Positions 59,481 to 64,000 of a stretch of DNA of 64,000 nucleotides are shown in pieces. Made by a program: the position numbers and the translations under genes. The stretch is from Camelus dromedarius (Eukaryota): positions 2,914,001-2,978,000 of the forward strand of contig NC_087466.1 in the NCBI RefSeq assembly GCF_036321535.1. The letters run 5' to 3'. The notes below the pieces were generated by a model that ran no database searches, was not told the DNA's origin, and saw nothing but the letters and a program-made list of their open reading frames with translations. Every line of letters begins with the position of its first letter. The first letter of the stretch is position 1.

Positions 59481-60115
59481 CTCCTATCACTTTTTGCAGA
59501 TTTTGCACTGGTCTGCCTACCTCTATTTTTTTTTTCCTGTATATTTCTAAACTTTCATTCTCCTGAAAGCTCACAGTGGCGCCCCTGTTGCCTGCGGAGG
59601 AGTGTTGCAGTTTGCTGGCCTGGCCCTGCGCCCCCGCAGCGCTGTCCGGTCCTCACTGAACACAGGGCTTCCTCCTTGGCCTCCCTCCGTCCCTTGGAAT
59701 GAATTGTTCTTCTCCAGCTTTAGATGTGGCCTTTCTTTCTCTTTACTTCATTCAGCTTTTGAAAAAGATAATCGTTTATAGATCTGTTACCCTAGGGAGC
59801 AGTGAGCCCTGGGGGCATGAGTTGGTCTCACTCTTCTGTGTACCTGGAGCCTGGTGCCCTACCTGGAAGGGCACATGCTCCGTCCCATGGACTGAGGGCC
59901 TCCCTAGGTGACAAGCCGCATAGCTGTCCTGAGTCTCATTAGCCTGTACGCCCAGAGCCTGGAGATCCGAGGGTTTGGAGATGGTTCCGATGGCTTCCTG
60001 GCTCTTCCTGGGCCTTCTTTCAGCCTGTCCCATTTTCTCTCCAGGACACTTGTGGGCGGTTGCGCCCCCCAGTGATGGGCAGCGGTGCTGTGCGGCAGTG
60101 TGAAGCCCTCCGAGT

Positions 60116-61858
60116 ATGGTGCGTACCACTCCCTGATTCACTGCATGGTGGGGGTGGTGGGGTGTTTTCTCAGGTGGGCCCTGAAGGCTGTCAGTCTAGA
60201 GCAGCCTTTCCCCGGGAGGGCTCTTGGCACATTCAAGGTTGTGGATGCCTGACTTTTTGCCAATGCGGTTTGCAGGGCCTCATTACCATTGCTAAAAAGG
60301 CACAAAGTTAACCCGCTTTGTTGGGATCTGTTTCTCCAACACCTGGGTCTCCTGCTGTGTTGGGCTGTTGCTGGGGTGTGCCCAGCCTCTGTTCCTTTTG
60401 TAGTGGACATGCTGGCCGAACAGATTGTTCTGATCCTTCTTTTTCCCTAGACGACCGCTTGTCAGTCCCGCGTGCTGAGGGAGCGTAACTGTATGAGGCA
60501 GCGTGTGTTACACAGAGTTAAGTTCGCGGTAGGTTATTGGAGAGACGAGTGACAGCTCATCTGAAAGCAGCTCTTGTCTTCTCTCAAATCTCTGCTTCTA
60601 GATTCGAATTGCAGCCTTAAATGCCAGCTCCACGATTGAGGATGAGCACGAAGGAAGCTTTAAAAGTCACAAAACCCAGACGAAGGAGGCGCAGGTGCGT
60701 AATCCATGGTCCTTCTCTGCAAGTGGACTGCGATTCTCATTTCTGTAGGTGGCACCTCTTTTAAATGTGTTCAGATGTCTTCTTAATGGGATTGTAGAGG
60801 AAGATCCCATTTTGAAAGACGGCCCGCTCTCCACCTCACATTCAGCCTGCTTCGGTGCGAGATGGTCACGCTGCAGAGAACCCTGTTCTTTCTGTGAGTG
60901 TGCGCGGCCCATCCAGCCGGGGCCTGTTCTCTGCACGGGCTTCAGGAGCTGGCACTCAGGGTTTGGCAGCACTGACAGTCCGTGATGCGTGGAGGCTCCC
61001 TGGTGCGCTCCCTGCTTTCCCAGGCGAGGTGGTCCTGGAGGGGAGCTGCCTTGCTTGGGTCTCGCCAACGGTCTGTGCTCTCGATTCCTGGTCTGTCCTC
61101 ACTGCCTGGCTTCACTCCCACTTCAGCTCCCCACCTCCCTTCCATCCATCCTCCACCCACGTCCTGCCTGAATACAGCAGGATTGGCTTCTGTCTTGGCT
61201 TTCCCTGGCGTAAACACACACCTCCCCTTCACGGGAGAAACCAGGACAGCCGGAGCCCTCTTATGTCTCATGCCAGCTGTCTCTGGTCTTCAAGGGACGT
61301 CAGAGGGGCCTGATGCACCCAGTGCCCCCTCCGCCCCTCCCTGTAGTGATCAGGCCAGGGCAGCGCGGTGGGCATAAACCGTGGAAACCATCCCTGTTCT
61401 TGCCTAGTCCGTGACTTGTTCCGGCTGGTGTGGCCGCTCTCCTGACTTCACCCGGGAAGCGTCTGCGGGTCTCCGGGAACCTTGGCATTGCTCTGACCCT
61501 GTGCCCTCAGTCTGTGTTTTACTATTGCTTAGGCTCAGTTGAGCCTGCATTGCTCATGTCTTTGTGGGGGTCTGCTGAGGGGTTCTTCTCCCAGTGAGGA
61601 GCTCCTGGGGGGCTGGAGTGTTAGAACTGTTTCCACCACAGAGGATCCAGAGACACAGCCTTGACTGCAGCCCCCTCACACGTTGTTGGCTTAAAGAGAC
61701 AAACCTCTGTACGACATAAAAATGCCTCCTGTCTTGGTTTGCAGGAAGCAGAGGCTTTTGCTTTATACCACAAGGCCCTGGATCTGCAGAAACATGACCG
61801 GTTTGAGGAGTCTGCCAAGGCCTACCATGAGCTCCTGGAGGCGCGCCTGTTGCGAGAG
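60116..61858 (+). CDS. CABIN1: Calcineurin-binding protein cabin-1, 5' partial (continues beyond window)
   Basis: ATG at end of exon 60045-60118 (atg|gtgcgt); exon 60602-60694 [31 protein letters not shown]; exon 61745-61858 [38 protein letters not shown]; all phase 0, GT-AG; matches recalled CABIN1 N-terminus. Placement of the ATG exon is inferred from splice signals. Confidence 0.92.
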
Positions 61859-64000
61859 GTGAGGCTCCAGGAAGCCGGGTGGGCCCTGAGCCAGGCAGCC
61901 TGGGCCTGCCCTCTCCCTGCCCATTTCTGGGCTGGGGAGCCTGGGCACATGATGTCCCCCTCTGTCCTCAGCTCCTCTGCACGCAGGGTGTCCCCTCACT
62001 GGGTTGCCGTGAGCATCGGGCGAGTCCAGAGAAGCACATAGGACAGTTCTTGGTGCAGAGTGAGAACTCGTAACTGCTGGCTGTTGTTACTCCCAGACCT
62101 TCACAGCCGCTCTGCCCTGTGGGGCAGCGTGCTGTCCCCGTTTCCTGGTCATGGAAGCAGAGGCTTAGTGAGGTACCCAAGCAGTCAGAGCCAGGGTTGG
62201 AGCCACAGGTCCTGACCCTGAAGATCCGGTTGGCAGCACGTTCAGGCAAATGCTGTTGGGGTGCTGGCCCCTGAGCTTGGCAGGCCTGTGTAGATGCACC
62301 AGGGGCTTTTGAAAAGCATCGTCGAGGAGAGGGCTGGGAGAGCTCCACAGCCACGTGGAGACACAGAGAGGGGCGGGCAGGGCAGGATGTGGGCCCAGCA
62401 GAGGGGCTGTATGGTGGTGAGTGCATCGAGCTTGGGTTGGCGGGTCATGGCAGTGTCACTGGGAGGTTTGGGAACAGGTCTTAGCCTGAAACTGAATTAG
62501 GAAGATGAGTGTTTCATTAGGAGGAAAGGACTTGTTTCCAAGCAAACACCAAACCCAGATGATGTGCACTGAGGAAGCAGGACAGGCCCCGTCTCCTGGA
62601 ATACAACCTTTCCTTTGGGCAGAGTCTCCTGTGTCCCAGGAAGGCAGACACTGCGTTGCCAGCCCCGCCTGGGTGGTTTCTACCTCCTATAAGTATGCTC
62701 AGTAAGATGTTATCCCTTCTTGCACTCACTGTGTCTCTCCGTATACCTAAGTATAGCTTGTTACGATTCTCTGGTGCTGGTTTAGTTCTTGAAATGAGAG
62801 CCATGGGAATTGTGACCTCCGTGCCCCGTTAGTAGGAAGTAGGTGAGGGCCCCGGGAGGGAGGTGACTTTATTCCACGTTCACCATGGGCCACATGCTGG
62901 GCCTGTTTCAGGAGTGCGTCTTCCGTTGCAGGCCATGGAGTCGATGGGAGTGGGTAAACTCAGTGCGGAGCTGGCAGTCTGAGCTCAGAGCTGATGCTGG
63001 TGGGCCTGGCACCCGACGGGGGCGGGCGTGGGGCCTTTTGACTGCTTCGCTGGCTGAGCGTCGGCCCCGTGGTCAGAGGTGTGTCCATCTCTATATCACT
63101 TTCAGCCTTAAACGATTGTTTGAGCGTCCTCCCCTTTCGCTTATTGTAAACAATTGAAAAGTATGGAAAATACATAGGAAAGTTTCTTTTCACACTTACT
63201 TGAAACTGGCATTAAAGTAAATTTCGTAATTACGGTTCCACAAACACCTGGCATAAACAGGCCCTAGAACACTCTGACCCCCTCAAAGACGTGTGCAACT
63301 CGGCCGGCGCACATGCTGGGCCCGCTGGAGGGACGTGTGCGGGGAGCGACCCCCATCCCTGGGGGGCGGCAGTGCCTGTCTGGAGGTCAGAATGGTGCTG
63401 AGTCCAGCTGGTCAGTGAGGTGGAGGCTGGCTACAAGAGCTCCCGCTGCTGTGCTGATGCCCCACTGACTGTCCACCTCTGGTCTAGACGCACGTGCTCT
63501 CTGTCAGTGTCATTTTTTGAATAGTTCTGGGCCTGGAGGGGCCGAGGTTCCTGGGGGCCACCTCTGGTCAGCCTGAGGGGTGTGTTTCTTTGAGAACATT
63601 GCCTCTGTCCTGTGGTTAGAGCAGTGGTTTTCCTAATCAGGGGTTCTTAAAAGTTGTAAGGTTTTTCAAGAGTGGTCACAAAAGCTGCAGTGGAATCAGA
63701 GTTTATAGAAAGCATGTTGACAGTCTCTCCTCTTTTGACTCACTTTCACACTTGATATTTTGGGTAGGATTTACTGTCCACACATTGCAGGGGTCTTTGG
63801 GACACTAACTTTCTAGTTGAAGAGGCTTGTCCAGTCACGTGATGAGTGACAGCTGCCTGACTGCCCTTCTGCTGCGGGGTGTGTCAGATGCGCAGGTTGG
63901 CTGCCAGGCACCTGTCTGAGGTGAAGCTCCGGGCCCTGCCTGTTGCCCCAGCAGCCTCCTTACACCCTGTCCCCGTTCAGAGCTGCTGGGGCAGGGGTGG

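Overview
Mammalian (vertebrate, intron-containing) DNA covering the MIF - theta-class glutathione S-transferase - DDT - CABIN1 locus, with every gene on the + strand. Order: MIF (7209-7784; most of exon 2 lies in an N-run), a 13-kb repeat/unique interval ending in an orphan CpG island with an RFX X-box (~21.1-21.65 kb), a decayed divergent theta-GST relic (exons 3'-half of 3, 4 and 5 only; 23212-24036), intact GSTT4 (24862-31491), GSTT1 (34242-40413), GSTT3-type (42200-46848), a single DDT whose usual stop is lost (124 aa instead of 118; 49746-52021), and the 5' end of CABIN1 (promoter ~54.0-54.9 kb, coding exons 60116-61858, continuing beyond the window). No GSTT2 or DDTL copy was recognised. 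About a dozen copies of a tRNA-Ala-derived SINE resembling the camelid Vic-1 family suggest a camelid genome (inference from memory). I found no new gene system of the prokaryotic kind. The most interesting unexplained signals are: (1) a CABIN1 5' architecture with a strong-context uORF whose stop codon is created by splicing and overlaps the main AUG (AUGA), a candidate 78-nt in-frame cassette exon and a candidate ATG-bearing alternative first exon; (2) the relic of a fifth, divergent GSTT lineage next to a still-intact X-box CpG island; (3) the DDT C-terminal extension; (4) a solo LTR with a 23-bp-period CCAAT array and two octamers just upstream of DDT; (5) a (CCGCCCG)n repeat abutting the GSTT3 start codon. 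All gene-family names and comparisons with human/mouse are from recalled sequences, not database searches.
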